Counted from the stretch's first letter, positions 28,561-39,392 are shown. The stretch: 64,000 bases of DNA from Candidatus Eiseniibacteriota bacterium (GCA_963783375.1 CAWANH010000003.1:64001-128000), one strand, 5' to 3'. Numbers and translations: made by a program. The notes: generated by a model not told the origin, from the sequence alone.

Positions 28561-28659
28561 CCCGGGTCATCCCCACCCCCCTTCTCCGGCGGGCATCTCT
28601 CCGCCGGCTCGAGCGTCGGCTCGCGCCGCCCGGGAGGGTCCCGGACCGCCACCCGCGGC

Positions 28660-29253
28660 TCACGACGAGGCCGGGGTGTCCGAGGAGATCTCGGGTTCGA
28701 TGAGCCGGCGCTCCAGGCGCCGCGCCCAGCGGTGGGCCTCCCAGGCCCCGCCCTCGGGTTCGCTGGCCGCCACCACCAGGCCGTGGCAGAGCGCGGCGAT
28801 CAACCGGTTCCGCCACCACCGGCGGTCCAGGCTCTCCGGAGCCGGGTTGGGGAACGCGGAGAGGACGAGTCCGCCCGCGTCCACGATCCTCCGCACGAGT
28901 TCCCCCCGCTCCGACTCCAGGAGGGTGGCGATCCCGCAGCCGGGGACGGCGATCGTCTTCAGACCGGCGGCCAGCGCCGCCTCGTGGGCGGCGGCGTCCA
29001 CCCCCGGCGAGATCCCGCTCAGGATGACCATGGCGAACTCCCGGGCCACATCGACGATCCGCCGCGTGTCCTGGAGCATCTCGGGGGTGGCGTTGCGCGT
29101 CCCCACCACGGCCAGGGCCGGACCCTTCAGCAGGAGTTCCCGGCTTCCCAGGGCCCGGAGCACCCGGGCGCGTCCGGGAAGCTCCAGCGCCCGCTCGGGG
29201 TAAGCGGAATCGCCGGGTCTTAGTTCCTGGATGTCCGGCTTGAAGTCGTTCAT
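28660..29253 (-). CDS. Short DprA/Smf (SLOG-fold) protein
   Basis: YPERA.EL, LAVVGTRNA, ILSGISPGVDAAAHEAAL, TIAVPGCG, RNRLIAAL. Confidence 0.8.
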   Translation of the reverse strand: MNDFKPDIQELRPGDSAYPERALELPGRARVLRALGSRELLLKGPALAVVGTRNATPEMLQDTRRIVDVAREFAMVILSGISPGVDAAAHEAALAAGLKTIAVPGCGIATLLESERGELVRRIVDAGGLVLSAFPNPAPESLDRRWWRNRLIAALCHGLVVAASEPEGGAWEAHRWARRLERRLIEPEISSDTPASS

Positions 29254-29277
29254 GGTTGGCTTTCGTCGTCGCCCATT

Positions 29278-30004
29278 CTACACCCCGCGGCCGCGGGCGC
29301 TCTTCGGACCGCGTGTTTTCGGGAGCACGGTCCGGCCGATCCAGGCCTCCGTCGCCGCCCACCGCCTCATCCAGGATTTTCTCCGCGGTGCGGCCGCTTC
29401 GCTTCAGGACCGCGAACCCGTGGTCCGCCCCCTCCAGCCACACCAGCCGCGCGCGCCGCCCGAGCTTCTTCACCTCCGCCCGGAGCAGTTCCGGCTCGGC
29501 CAGGGGATCGCGGGTCCCGGAGAGAAAGAGCATGGGAACCCGCACCGACCCGAGGTGCTCCACCCGGAGCCGCTCGGGCCGGCCGGCGGGATGGAGCGGG
29601 TAGGCGAAGAACACCAGGCCCCCGGGGTCGAATCCGGCCACCCGCGACGCGGCAATGGAGGCCATGCGCCCCCCCATGGAGCGGCCCGCCGCCACCCGCG
29701 CGAGGCCCTCGAACTCCGGCCGCGCCTTCACCCACTCCCAGACCTCGCACCAGCTCTCCACCAGCACGTTCTCCTTGTCGGGGAGCGACCGCCCGGCCTC
29801 GGTGTAGGGGAAGTTGAACCGCAGGACGGCGAACCCGCGCCCGGCCAGGGCTTCGGCCAGGGCGTTCATGGACGGGTGGTCGCGGTGAACGCCGGCCCCG
29901 TGGGCCAGAGCCATCACCGCCCGAGGCTCCCCCGCCGGAAGGTCCCACTCCGCGGAGAGCGATCCCTGCGCGGTCGGAATCCGGAGCGGTTTCCGGTCCG
30001 GCAT
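29278..30004 (-). CDS. Alpha/beta hydrolase (KANL3/Tex30-like); frameshift near 29355
   Basis: LAHGAG, LRFNFPY, GRSMGGR, YPLHPAG, SGTRDPL, GADHGF. Confidence 0.88.
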
Positions 30005-30077
30005 GCCGTCTCCTTCGTTGAGTGAAGCGCGTCGCGGTCCCGCGATGCGCGCCGGCGCGACCGCGGCGCCGCGTCGG

Positions 30078-31034
30078 CTAGAACAGCGTGGTCATGTACA
30101 CGGCGAAGAGCGCCAGGAGCCCCGCCCCGTACCATCGCCGCACCCGCCGGCCGTAGATGAACGCGGGAGCCAGGACCAGAGTGAAGCCCAGCATCCACCA
30201 GAGATCCGAGGCCAGGAAGCGGGGGTCCACGACCAGGGGCCGGAAGAGCGAGCCCAGCCCGAAGATCCCCAGGAGATTGAAGACGCTGGAGCCGATCACG
30301 TTCCCCACCGCCACGTCGGTCCGCCCGCGCAGCGCCGCGATCAGCGAGCTCGCCAGCTCGGGGAGGCTCGTCCCCATGGCCACCACGGTGAGACCCACCA
30401 CCCGCTCCGAGATCCCCACCGCCCGGGCCAGGGAGGTGGCCCCGTCCACGATCAGGTTCCCGCCGACCAGGAGCAGCACCAGGCCCGCCCCCACCAGGAT
30501 CGCCTGCCGGGGCAGGCCGGGGCTCTCGGTGGCCGGGGCGGTTCCCGCCTCGCGATCGGCCGCCTCCTGGCGGGCCACGTCCCGGCGAGCCGACGCCACC
30601 ACCGCCCAGGTGAACCCCACCAGCGCGACCAGAAGGGCCAGGCCCTCCAGCCGGTTCAGCAGGTGGCCGGTTCTCATGAAGAGCATGGTCACCAGGGTGG
30701 CCAGCACCAGGAACGGCCACTCCATCCGGGCCGTCTTGGACCCCACCGGAAGGGGCACCACCATCGCGCACACCCCGAGCACCAGGGCCAGGTTGAAGAT
30801 GTTGGAGCCGACCACGTTTCCGATGGCCACGTCCGGGCTTCCCCGGAACGCGGCCACCACGCTCACCACCAGCTCGGGAAACGAGGTCCCGGCCGAGACC
30901 ACGGTGAGACCGATCACCGCCGGGGTCACCCGGAGCCGCACCGCCAGCCCCACCGCTCCCCGGACCAGGACCTCTCCCCCGGCCACCAGGAGCACCAGGC
31001 CGCCCAGAACCAACAGCACGTCGGAAAGGATCAA
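30078..31034 (-). CDS. Calcium/sodium antiporter (YrbG-like CaCA)
   Basis: Two alpha repeats GTSFPEL...GNVVGSNIFN and GTSLPEL...GNVIGSSVFN; TTG start overlaps the dapD stop. Confidence 0.93.
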   Translation of the reverse strand: MILSDVLLVLGGLVLLVAGGEVLVRGAVGLAVRLRVTPAVIGLTVVSAGTSFPELVVSVVAAFRGSPDVAIGNVVGSNIFNLALVLGVCAMVVPLPVGSKTARMEWPFLVLATLVTMLFMRTGHLLNRLEGLALLVALVGFTWAVVASARRDVARQEAADREAGTAPATESPGLPRQAILVGAGLVLLLVGGNLIVDGATSLARAVGISERVVGLTVVAMGTSLPELASSLIAALRGRTDVAVGNVIGSSVFNLLGIFGLGSLFRPLVVDPRFLASDLWWMLGFTLVLAPAFIYGRRVRRWYGAGLLALFAVYMTTLF

Positions 31035-31861
31035 GTGGGTATCCCGTACTCGCGGAGAGCCTCGTTGAGCGACGTCTTCCGATCGGTGGAGGGCTTTCGC
31101 CGCCCGATCAACAGCGCGCAGGGAACGGGAAAGGTGCCGGCGGGAAAGGTCTTGGGGCGCATTCCCGGGATGACCACCGAGCGCGCGGGCACGAAGCCCC
31201 GGTGCTCCACCGGTTCGCTCCCGGTCACGTCCACCACCGCGGTGGACGCGGTCAGGACGACCCCCGCCCCGAGCACCGCTTCCTCCTCCACCCGCACCCC
31301 TTCCACCACGATGCACCTCGAGCCGATGAAGGCGCCGTCCTCGACGATCACCGGGGAGGCCTGGACCGGCTCCAGCACCCCGCCGAGCCCCACCCCTCCG
31401 GAGAGATGGACGCCCTTCCCCACCTGGGCGCAGGAGCCCACGGTGGCCCAGGTGTCCACCATGGTTCCCTCCCCCACCCGGGCGCCGATATTGATGAAGG
31501 ACGGCATGAGGACCGCGTCCCGTCCGACGAAGGCTCCGTACCGCACCGTGGCCGGGGGCACCACCCGCACCGAGGCGCCCTCGAACCCGCGCTTGAGCGG
31601 AAGCTTGTCCCGGTACTCGAAGGGGCCGTGCTCGATCACCTCCACCTCCCGCTGGACGAAGTAGAGGAGCACCGCCTCCTTCACCCATCCGTGCACCGTC
31701 CAGGCGCCGCCGATCTTCTCGGCCACCCGCACCTCGCCGGAATCGAGTCCGGCGACGGCGCGCTCCACCGCCTCCACCGCGGCGGGGTCACGCCGGCGGG
31801 CGGGATCCTTCCAGGCGTCTTGGACGATCTTCGCGGTCTCGGACCAGTCGCTCAGGTTCAT
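31031..31861 (-). CDS. dapD: Tetrahydrodipicolinate N-succinyltransferase
   Basis: WVKEAVLLYF, RVVPPATVRYGA, LMPSFINIGARVGEGTMVDTWATVGSCAQVG, GGVLEP, KTSLNEALR. Confidence 0.96.
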   Translation of the reverse strand: MNLSDWSETAKIVQDAWKDPARRRDPAAVEAVERAVAGLDSGEVRVAEKIGGAWTVHGWVKEAVLLYFVQREVEVIEHGPFEYRDKLPLKRGFEGASVRVVPPATVRYGAFVGRDAVLMPSFINIGARVGEGTMVDTWATVGSCAQVGKGVHLSGGVGLGGVLEPVQASPVIVEDGAFIGSRCIVVEGVRVEEEAVLGAGVVLTASTAVVDVTGSEPVEHRGFVPARSVVIPGMRPKTFPAGTFPVPCALLIGRRKPSTDRKTSLNEALREYGIPT

Positions 31862-31969
31862 GGGGTCTCCTCCGGGATGCTCTCCCCCCGAATCGGATCG
31901 GGAGGAAACCTTCGGGCGCAGCGCGAGGCCGTTCTCTCCGCCCCGCACCGGGGGCGCCGCCGGGAACCA

Positions 31970-33148
31970 CTATACGGAGAGCTGCCGCAGGCGGGCCAGG
32001 GCCTCCTCCAGAACGCTCTCCTCCAGCACCAGGGAGAGCCGCACGAAACCCTCCCCCGCCGGGCCGAGAGCGCTTCCGGGAAGCACCACGACTCCGGCGG
32101 CGAGGCACCGCCCGGCGAAGCTATCGGAGGTGGATCCCGCGGGGACCGGAAGCCACACGTACATGGCCCCCGCCGGCTCGTCCACCGCGAACCCCATTTC
32201 GCGGAGCCCGCGCACCACCAGGTCCCGCCGCCGGCGGAACCGCTCGCGAATCGCGGTCGCGTGGTCGTCGTCGGACCAGGCGGCGGCGGCTGCGCTCTGG
32301 ATGAACTCGGGGGTGGCGACCCCCACCCCGGGGCGAAAGCGCTTCAGCGCCTCGATGAGCCGCGGGTCGCCGGCCATGAAGCCGCTCCGGTAGCCGGCCA
32401 TTCCCGACCGCTTGGAAAGGGTATGAAGGGCCAGCACGTTCTCCGTTCCCCACCGGAGCGCGGTGTCCGGCGGCGCGCCGTAGTAGAGGTCGGCGTAGGC
32501 CTCGTCGCTCACCAGGAGCACCCCGTGCTCGCGGGCCCGCTTCACCGCGTCCTCGAGGAATGACGCGGGGGCGGCGGCGCCGGTGGGGTTGTTGGGATAG
32601 TTCAGCCAGAGAATCGAGGCCTTCCGCCAGACTTCGCCGGGGATCGCCTCCAGGTCGGGAAGGAACCCCCGTTCCCGCCGAAGCGGCAGCCGGTGAACGA
32701 CCCCTCCCGCGGCCAGGGTCCCGAGGGCGTAGACCGGATAGGCGGGATCGGGGACCAGGGTCAGGGGGCGCTCCCCGGGATCGAGCACGGCCAGGGGGAG
32801 GGTGAAGATCGCTTCCTTGGAGCCGTTCACCGGGAGGATTCCGAGGTCGGGGTCCACCTCCACCCCGAAGCGCCGCGCCATCCATCCCGCGGCCGCCTCG
32901 CGAAGCGGGGCGATCCCTACCGCCCGCGGGTAGGTGGATCGCTCAGGGACGGCATTCAGAAGCGCCCGCTTCAGGAACTCCGGCGTGGGCTCCCGGGGAT
33001 CCCCCATCCCGAGGTCGATCGCCTTCACCCCGTCGGCTTCCACCCGGGCGCGAAGCTCGTCGAGCCGGGCGAAGGGATAGGGTGGGAGATCGCGCAGGTA
33101 AGGGCTCGAAGGCAGGGAGCCCGGCCGCCGCGCCTCCTCCCGGCTCAT
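31970..33148 (-). CDS. dapC: Succinyl-diaminopimelate aminotransferase (class I/II)
   Basis: PPYPFARL, NGSKEAIF, NYPNNPTG, SDEAY, TLSKRSGMAGYRSG; lies between dapE and dapD. Confidence 0.88.
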   Translation of the reverse strand: MSREEARRPGSLPSSPYLRDLPPYPFARLDELRARVEADGVKAIDLGMGDPREPTPEFLKRALLNAVPERSTYPRAVGIAPLREAAAGWMARRFGVEVDPDLGILPVNGSKEAIFTLPLAVLDPGERPLTLVPDPAYPVYALGTLAAGGVVHRLPLRRERGFLPDLEAIPGEVWRKASILWLNYPNNPTGAAAPASFLEDAVKRAREHGVLLVSDEAYADLYYGAPPDTALRWGTENVLALHTLSKRSGMAGYRSGFMAGDPRLIEALKRFRPGVGVATPEFIQSAAAAAWSDDDHATAIRERFRRRRDLVVRGLREMGFAVDEPAGAMYVWLPVPAGSTSDSFAGRCLAAGVVVLPGSALGPAGEGFVRLSLVLEESVLEEALARLRQLSV

Positions 33149-33176
33149 CGAATCTCCGCGAAGAAACTGATGGAAC

Positions 33177-34286
33177 TCATTGATCCGCCTCGTTTTCCAG
33201 CAAGAAATCAGAGAGGACGTCGAAGCACTTCACCAGGGCCGGGATCCGCACCCGCTCGTCCTGCTTGTGGGCCAGCTCGGGATCCCCGGGGCCGAGGTTG
33301 GCCGCGGGGACGCCGTGGGCGGCGAACTGGGCCACGTCGGTCCAGGCCTGCTTGGCCCGGGCGGTGAGACCGCTCCGGACGAGGAGGCGGGTGAGGAGCG
33401 GGGCCTCGATCCGCGGGGGCGCGGCGGGGGCGAGGTCGGTGATCTCCACCGTGGCCCCCGCGGGAACCAGGGAGCGGAGGTATCGCTCCGCGGCCTCGGG
33501 GGCGCGATCGGGAGCGAACCGGAGGTTGACGTTGACCGTGAAGCGATCGGGGATCACGTTCCGCGCGTTCCCCCCCTCGGCCATGGTGGCCGAGACCACC
33601 TCCCGGAACACCGCCGGACCGTCGGTCACCTCCCGCGCCCCCATCGCCGCCAGGCTGGCCAGGAAAGGACCCGCCTTGTGGATGGCGTTCTCCCCCAGCC
33701 AGGGGCGCGCGCTGTGGGCCGAGACCCCGTGGAAGGTGACCCGGGCGTGAAGGGTGCCCAGGCATCCCAGCTCCAGCACGTTCCCGGTGGGCTCGAGGAT
33801 GAGCGCCAGCTCCGGCTCCCCCAGCCAGGGCTCGAGGAGGAACAGCCGCCGGAGGCCGTTCCGGGCGAAGGCGATCTCCTCACAGTCGTAAAATACCAAG
33901 GCGAATGACTTTGCCTGGAAATCCTCAGAATCTTTCGAGAGCGTTTCGGCCAGGGCGGCCATGACCGCCAGGGCCCCCTTCATGTCGGTGGTGCCCAACC
34001 CCACCACGTCCCCGCCGCGGATCCCGGGCTCGGGGTGGTTGTGCCGGGGCACGGTGTCGAGGTGGCCGGCCAGGACCACCCGGGGGGGACCCTCTCCGGC
34101 GTCGAATCCGTACCCGGCCACCAGGGCGTTTCCGTGACGACGGAGGAACGCGGGCCGGGTGTGCTCGGCGAGGTGTCGATGGAGGTGATCGGCCAGCGCG
34201 GCTTCCTCGCCGCTGGGGCTCGGAATCCGCGCCAGCTCCAACGTCCGCGCGGCCAGGACCGAGGCCATGTCGGAAGGTGTGTTCAT
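33177..34286 (-). CDS. dapE: Succinyl-diaminopimelate desuccinylase (M20)
   Basis: LAGHLDTVP, GLGTTDMKG, FYDCEE, LEPT, HSARPWLGENAIH, WTDVA, GPGDPELAH. Confidence 0.92.
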   Translation of the reverse strand: MNTPSDMASVLAARTLELARIPSPSGEEAALADHLHRHLAEHTRPAFLRRHGNALVAGYGFDAGEGPPRVVLAGHLDTVPRHNHPEPGIRGGDVVGLGTTDMKGALAVMAALAETLSKDSEDFQAKSFALVFYDCEEIAFARNGLRRLFLLEPWLGEPELALILEPTGNVLELGCLGTLHARVTFHGVSAHSARPWLGENAIHKAGPFLASLAAMGAREVTDGPAVFREVVSATMAEGGNARNVIPDRFTVNVNLRFAPDRAPEAAERYLRSLVPAGATVEITDLAPAAPPRIEAPLLTRLLVRSGLTARAKQAWTDVAQFAAHGVPAANLGPGDPELAHKQDERVRIPALVKCFDVLSDFLLENEADQ

Positions 34287-34304
34287 GGACTCCAGCCTAC
34301 TCCG

Positions 34305-36089
34305 TCAGGGATGAACCGGCACCAGCGGCCAGATCCACGGGACCATGGCCACCACCACCACCAGGCAGATCAGGGTGAGAGGGAACCCCACCCGCGCGAA
34401 ATCGGTGAAGCGGTACCCGCCGGGCCCGTACACGAACATGTTGGTCTGGTAGCCGAAGGGGGTCAGAAACGACGCCGAGGCCGCGAAGGCCACGGTCAGG
34501 GCGAAGGGCCGGGGGTCCAGCCCGAAGTCCCGGGCGGCGGCGATGGCGATGGGGGTCATGATCACCGCGCAGGCGTTGTTGGTGATCATCTCGGTCAGGA
34601 ACACGGTGGTGATGAAGGTGGCGGCCAAAAGCGCGGTCGGCCCCAGCCCGCTGGCCTGCTCCATCACGTGCCGGGCGATGTAGCTCGCCGCCCCCGTCCG
34701 CTCCATGGTGAGCCCCAGGGAGATCATCCCGGCCAGGAGGAAGATGGTGCGCCGATCGATGGCCCGGTAGGTCTCGCGAAGGGTGAGGCAGCCGGAGAGG
34801 ACCATGAGCGCGGCCCCCCCCACCACCGCCTTCACCAGGCTCACCGCCCCGGTCGCGGCCACGATCACGGTCAGGGCCACCACCAGCACCGACAGCTTGC
34901 CCAGGCGACGCCGCGGGCGCGGGGGAAGGATCTGCACCACGCTCAGGATCTCGGAAAAACCGGCGAGGTCCCTGAGCCTCGATTTGGGCCCGTAGAGCAG
35001 GAGCACGTCGCCCACCCCGATCGGGACCCGCCCCACCCGCTCCCGGATGTATTCCCGGTGGTGATAGAGGGCCAGCGCGGTCACCCCGTACTTGTTCCGG
35101 AAGGCCGATTCCTTGAGGGTGCGGTTCTCGAGGGGGGAGCCGGGAGGCACCACCGCCTCGGCGAGCACCATGCCCCCGCCCAGGATGCCCGCGACGTCGG
35201 ACTTCACTTCCGAGCGGAGCCGGATACCCTCACTCTCCTGGATGGCGCGAATGGTGGAAAGCGGCGCTCCCACCAGGAGCACGTCGTGCTCCTGGAGCAC
35301 GGTGCTCGGGGAGGGAGGAATCCGGATGTCCCCCCGATGGATCTCCAGCACGTCGAGGTCGTAGAGATCGCTCAGGTGGCTCCGCTCCAGGGTCCGTCCG
35401 GCCAGGTGGGAACGGGGGACGATCTCCACCTCGGTCAGGTACTTGCGAAGGTGGTAGGCGGTGGCCAGGTCCCCTTCCCCCCGCCGGGTGGGGAGAAGCC
35501 TGGGAGCCAGGGTGGTGAGATAGAGAATGCCGAGCACCGCCAGCACGAGCCCCACCGGGAAGAACTCGAACATCCCCAGGGGCCGCAGGTTGTGCTCGGT
35601 GACCAGGCTCGCCACCACGATGTTGGTGGTGGTTCCGATCACCGTGCACATCCCCCCCAGGAGCGAGGCGTAGGAGAGCGGGATGAGGAAGCGGCTGGGC
35701 GAGAAGTTCCGCTCCCGGGTCACCGAGAGGGTGACGGGGAGAAACACCGCCACGGTGGCGGTGTTGCTGACGAAGGCGCTGATCGAAGCCACCAGGCCGG
35801 ACTGAAGACGGAGGAGCCCGCCTTCCGATCGCCAGGCGTGCCGGCGCATCCAGAGGGCGATCCCGTCGGTGATCCCGGTCCGCTGCACCCCGGCGCTCAA
35901 GATCAGCACCGCGGCCACGGTCAGGGTGGCCGGGTGGGCGAAGCCGATGAGGGCGCCGGTGGGAGACGTGGTCCCGGTGAACATGAGCGCCAGCATGACC
36001 GCCAGCCCCACCCCGTCCGGCGGCAACCGATTGGTGACGAGCAGCGCCAGCGCGGCGGCGAGAATGGCGAATAGGGTCAGGTGCTCCAA
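34305..36089 (-). CDS. SLC13/DASS permease with two TrkA-C domains
   Basis: SAFVSNTATVAVFLP, LLGGMCTVIGTTTN, TEMITNNA, FLTPFGYQTN..VYGPGGYRFTDF. Confidence 0.93.
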   Translation of the reverse strand: MEHLTLFAILAAALALLVTNRLPPDGVGLAVMLALMFTGTTSPTGALIGFAHPATLTVAAVLILSAGVQRTGITDGIALWMRRHAWRSEGGLLRLQSGLVASISAFVSNTATVAVFLPVTLSVTRERNFSPSRFLIPLSYASLLGGMCTVIGTTTNIVVASLVTEHNLRPLGMFEFFPVGLVLAVLGILYLTTLAPRLLPTRRGEGDLATAYHLRKYLTEVEIVPRSHLAGRTLERSHLSDLYDLDVLEIHRGDIRIPPSPSTVLQEHDVLLVGAPLSTIRAIQESEGIRLRSEVKSDVAGILGGGMVLAEAVVPPGSPLENRTLKESAFRNKYGVTALALYHHREYIRERVGRVPIGVGDVLLLYGPKSRLRDLAGFSEILSVVQILPPRPRRRLGKLSVLVVALTVIVAATGAVSLVKAVVGGAALMVLSGCLTLRETYRAIDRRTIFLLAGMISLGLTMERTGAASYIARHVMEQASGLGPTALLAATFITTVFLTEMITNNACAVIMTPIAIAAARDFGLDPRPFALTVAFAASASFLTPFGYQTNMFVYGPGGYRFTDFARVGFPLTLICLVVVVAMVPWIWPLVPVHP

Positions 36090-36246
36090 GCCGGTCCTCC
36101 CGGGCCCGGACGGTCCTCGAACGCCCGGCGGCAACCGGCTCCAGGAAACCATCCCGACTCGCGCCAAAGCCTATCCGACCGGGCGGGGACTGGCCAGCGC
36201 CGGATGCGGCGGCCGGCGCGGCGGAAGTCCAGCCGGGGGGCGAAGG

Positions 36247-36630
36247 CTAGTCCCAGTCCTTTCCACCGCGGTCCCGCTTCACCCGGGCCCGGCGCTGTTT
36301 TTCCCGGAGGCGGCGCTCCCCGGCCGCCCGGGTGGGACGGGTGGGTTTCCGCCGCTTCGGCTCGACCAGGAGTTCGGCCAGCTTGTCCCGGAGCCGGGTG
36401 AGCGCGTCCCCGAGGTTCCGCTTCTGGGAGCGCTCCCTCCGGCCGATCACCACCAGCCCGCTTGGACGGTGGTGGAGGCGGATCGAGGAGAGGGTGGTGT
36501 TCTTGTGCTGGCCGCCCGGCCCGGAACTCTTGAACGCGGTGACGTCGCACTCGGCCAGGAGCGCCTCGTCGTCGGGGGGAAGGCGGTAGACCGCCCGAAG
36601 CTCTTCGGGGGACGGCCGCGGGGCGCTCAC
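36247..36630 (-). CDS. ArfB-like peptidyl-tRNA hydrolase (release-factor domain)
   Basis: SSGPGGQHKN, ERSQKRN, basic tail PKRRKPTRPT...RRLREKQRR. Confidence 0.88.
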   Translation of the reverse strand: MSAPRPSPEELRAVYRLPPDDEALLAECDVTAFKSSGPGGQHKNTTLSSIRLHHRPSGLVVIGRRERSQKRNLGDALTRLRDKLAELLVEPKRRKPTRPTRAAGERRLREKQRRARVKRDRGGKDWD

Positions 36631-37586
36631 GCCTCCGGCCCGCGCCCCTCCAGCGCCCGAAGCCGGTCGATCCGTTCCTGGAGCGGAGGGTGGGTGGAGA
36701 GCAGCCCCTGGGCCCGCTTCTCGAAGGACTTGAAGGGGTTCACGATGTAGAGGTGCTGGGTGGCCCGGTTCGCCACCTCCAGCACCTCCTTGTCGCTCCC
36801 CAGTTTCTCCAGGGCCGAGGCCAGCCCCTCGGGGTAGCGGGTGAGCTCGACTCCCGAGGCGTCGGCCAGGTACTCCCGCTCGCGGGAGGCGGCGAGCTGG
36901 ATGAGCCGCGCCAGGAGCGGCGCCAGGATGGAGAGCACGATGGCCACGACGGCGATGACCGCGGTGATCGCTCCCCCGCCCCCACCGCCTCCGGAATCGC
37001 TCCGGCGGGAGCGGCGGCGCCCTCCCCCCCACCAGAGCCAGCGCCGGAACACGTCGGCCATGAGCACCAGGAATCCCACCATCACCGCGAGCAGCATCGA
37101 GAAACGGATGTCGTAGTTGCGCACGTGGCTGAGCTCGTGGGCCAGCACCCCCTGGAGCTCGGGGCGGGTGAGCCGGTCCCGGAGCCCGTTGGTGATGGCC
37201 ACCGAGGCGTGCCGGGGATCCCGGCCGGTGGCGAAGGCGTTCATGGCGGTGTCGTCGATCTTGTAGACCCGCGGCATGGGGGTTCCGGCCGCGATGGAGA
37301 GCTCCTCCACCACGTTCCAGAGCTGGGGATCGTCCTCCTTCCGGATCTCCCGGGCCCCGCTCATGGCCAGGACCGCGCTCGCCCCGCCGAAGTAGCTCGC
37401 CAGTGCCGCCACCCCCGCCACCACCAGGGCGATCAGCGCGGGGACGATTCCCGAGCGGGGATCGTCCCCGGTGAGGAACACCGCGAAGGCGTAGACCGTC
37501 ACCATGAACAGGAGGAGGAACAGGCCCACCAGCCCGGCGGACTTCCGCCGGTTGGCGGCGATGAGATCGACGAAGGTGGTGGGCAC
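36627..37586 (-). CDS. htpX: M48 zinc metalloprotease
   Basis: NAFATGRDP, VLAHELSH, SREREYLAD, STHPP. Confidence 0.93.
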   Translation of the reverse strand: MPTTFVDLIAANRRKSAGLVGLFLLLFMVTVYAFAVFLTGDDPRSGIVPALIALVVAGVAALASYFGGASAVLAMSGAREIRKEDDPQLWNVVEELSIAAGTPMPRVYKIDDTAMNAFATGRDPRHASVAITNGLRDRLTRPELQGVLAHELSHVRNYDIRFSMLLAVMVGFLVLMADVFRRWLWWGGGRRRSRRSDSGGGGGGGAITAVIAVVAIVLSILAPLLARLIQLAASREREYLADASGVELTRYPEGLASALEKLGSDKEVLEVANRATQHLYIVNPFKSFEKRAQGLLSTHPPLQERIDRLRALEGRGPEA

Positions 37587-37611
37587 GGCGGCGGCGACTC
37601 CCTCGGGACGG

Positions 37612-38166
37612 TTAGAACTTGACCTTCGGCGCCTCGCGCTGGGCCGCGTCCTCGATCTCGAAGAACGCCTCCTGGGTGAACCCGAACATCCCGGCCATGA
37701 CGTTGGTGGGGAAGGACTGCACCCGGGTGTTGTAGGTGGCGGTGATGTCGTTGTAGTGCTGGCGGGCGAAGGAGATCCGATTCTCGGTGGTGGCCAGCTC
37801 TTCCTGCAGGGCCAGGAAATTCTGGTTGGCCTTGAGATCGGGATAGCTCTCGGAGAGGGCGAAGAGCTGGCGGAGCGCTCCGGTGAGCTGGTTCTCGGCC
37901 TGGGCCTGGGCCGGGACCCCGCTGGCCGAGATCGCCGCGTTCCGGGCGTTCACCACCCGTTCGAAGGTCTCCTTCTCGTGGGCGGCGTAGCCCTTCACCG
38001 TCTCCACCAGGTTCGGGATCAGGTCGTAGCGTCGCTTGAGCTGGACGTCGATCTGGCTCCACGCGTTCTTCACCTGCTGGCGAAGCTGGACCAGGCCGTT
38101 GTACATCCCGATCACCCAGAACACCACGAGGGCGACGAGGACCAGGAAACCCAAGAGGAAGATCAT
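37612..38166 (-). CDS. lemA: LemA family protein
   Basis: NAWSQIDVQLKRRYDLIPNLVETVKGYAAHE, ESYPDLKANQNF, ENRISFARQHYN. Confidence 0.96.
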   Translation of the reverse strand: MIFLLGFLVLVALVVFWVIGMYNGLVQLRQQVKNAWSQIDVQLKRRYDLIPNLVETVKGYAAHEKETFERVVNARNAAISASGVPAQAQAENQLTGALRQLFALSESYPDLKANQNFLALQEELATTENRISFARQHYNDITATYNTRVQSFPTNVMAGMFGFTQEAFFEIEDAAQREAPKVKF

Positions 38167-38327
38167 CAGTACCTCCTTGTGATCGGAGCGTCCGCGCACC
38201 GGGCCCGAGCCGGGCCGGGCCGGACCGGGCCGGGCCGGCATACCGATGAGAGTGAAGCACCCGCCGGCCCCCGGCAAGGCCCTACCTCGATTACGCATTG
38301 CGGGGCGCTGGGGTTGCCGGCGCGGAG

Positions 38328-39276
38328 TCACCCTTCGCGGGGCCAGAGACGAAGGAGCTCCCGCGCGGTGGCGAGGTGGGCGGCCACGGTTTCCTCGGGA
38401 TCGGCGGCATAGCCACCGGCCAGGAGCGCGACCACCGAGGCCCCCGCGTCCCGGGCGGCGGTGAACACCCGCCGGTCCCGCTCGGCCATTCCCTCGAGAG
38501 TCAGGGCCAGGCCCCCCAACCGGTCCCGCCGGAAGGGATCGGCCCCGGCCAGGTAGTAGACCAGCTCCGGGCGGCGGGTGGTCACCGAAACTCCGAGCCC
38601 CTCGTCGAGCCGGGCCAGGTAGTCGTCGTCCCCGATCCCGTCGGGGAGCCCCATGTCGAGGTCGCTCCGCTCCTTCGGGGGGTAGTTGTTCTCCTGGTGC
38701 ATGGAGAAGGTGAAGACCCGGTCGTCCCCCTGGAAGATCCGCGCGGTGCCGTTCCCCTGGTGGACGTCGAGGTCCACCACGCTCACCCGGGCCACCGGCC
38801 GGCCGGCCGGGGTGGTCAGGGGCGGGGCGGCACCGTCCCCCAGGGCCGTCCGCGCCGCCACCGCGGTGTCGTTCAAATAGCAGAACCCCTCGGCATGGTC
38901 GGCAAAGGCGTGGTGGAAACCTCCTCCCAGGTGCATGGCCGCGCCCCGGACCGCGGCCAACCGGGTGGCGGTCACCGTGCCGTAGGCGGCCAGCTCGAAC
39001 CAGCGCACGATTTCCGCGGTCAGGGGAAGCTCGGAGGGATCGGGTGCCCCGGGTCTCCCGAAGGGCGAAGAGATCGGCCAGGTAGGCGCTCCGGTGGGCC
39101 AGGGCGAGCATCCCTCTCTCCCCCGGTTCGGGCTCCGTGAATGCATCCGGGGAGACCGCCCCGGATTCGAGGAGTCGCTCCCGTACCCGCCGGTACTTGA
39201 AGGTGGGAAAGACGTGGGGGCCGATGTCCGCCTCGTAGGCCGGGCTGAACACGAAGACGGGAGTCGGAGCGCTCAT
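38328..39276 (-). CDS. Histone-deacetylase family protein; frameshift near 39045
   Basis: N-terminal frame GPHVFPTFKY; then GGGFHHA...EGFCYLND, DLDVHQGNGT, AGADP...DRLG, AGGY. Confidence 0.9.
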
Positions 39277-39392
39277 GGGGACCTCGGATCGTCGGCCGGA
39301 AGGGCCGGAGGCCGGCCGCCGCCACGCGTTTCGCCGCCCTCAGTCCCCGCTCCCCCCGGCCGATCTATTAGGTGCGGGAAAGGGGGACGTTC

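Noticed and set aside
38199-38238. CCGGG pentamer tandem upstream of lemA
   Set aside because: Short low-complexity GC repeat with no further support
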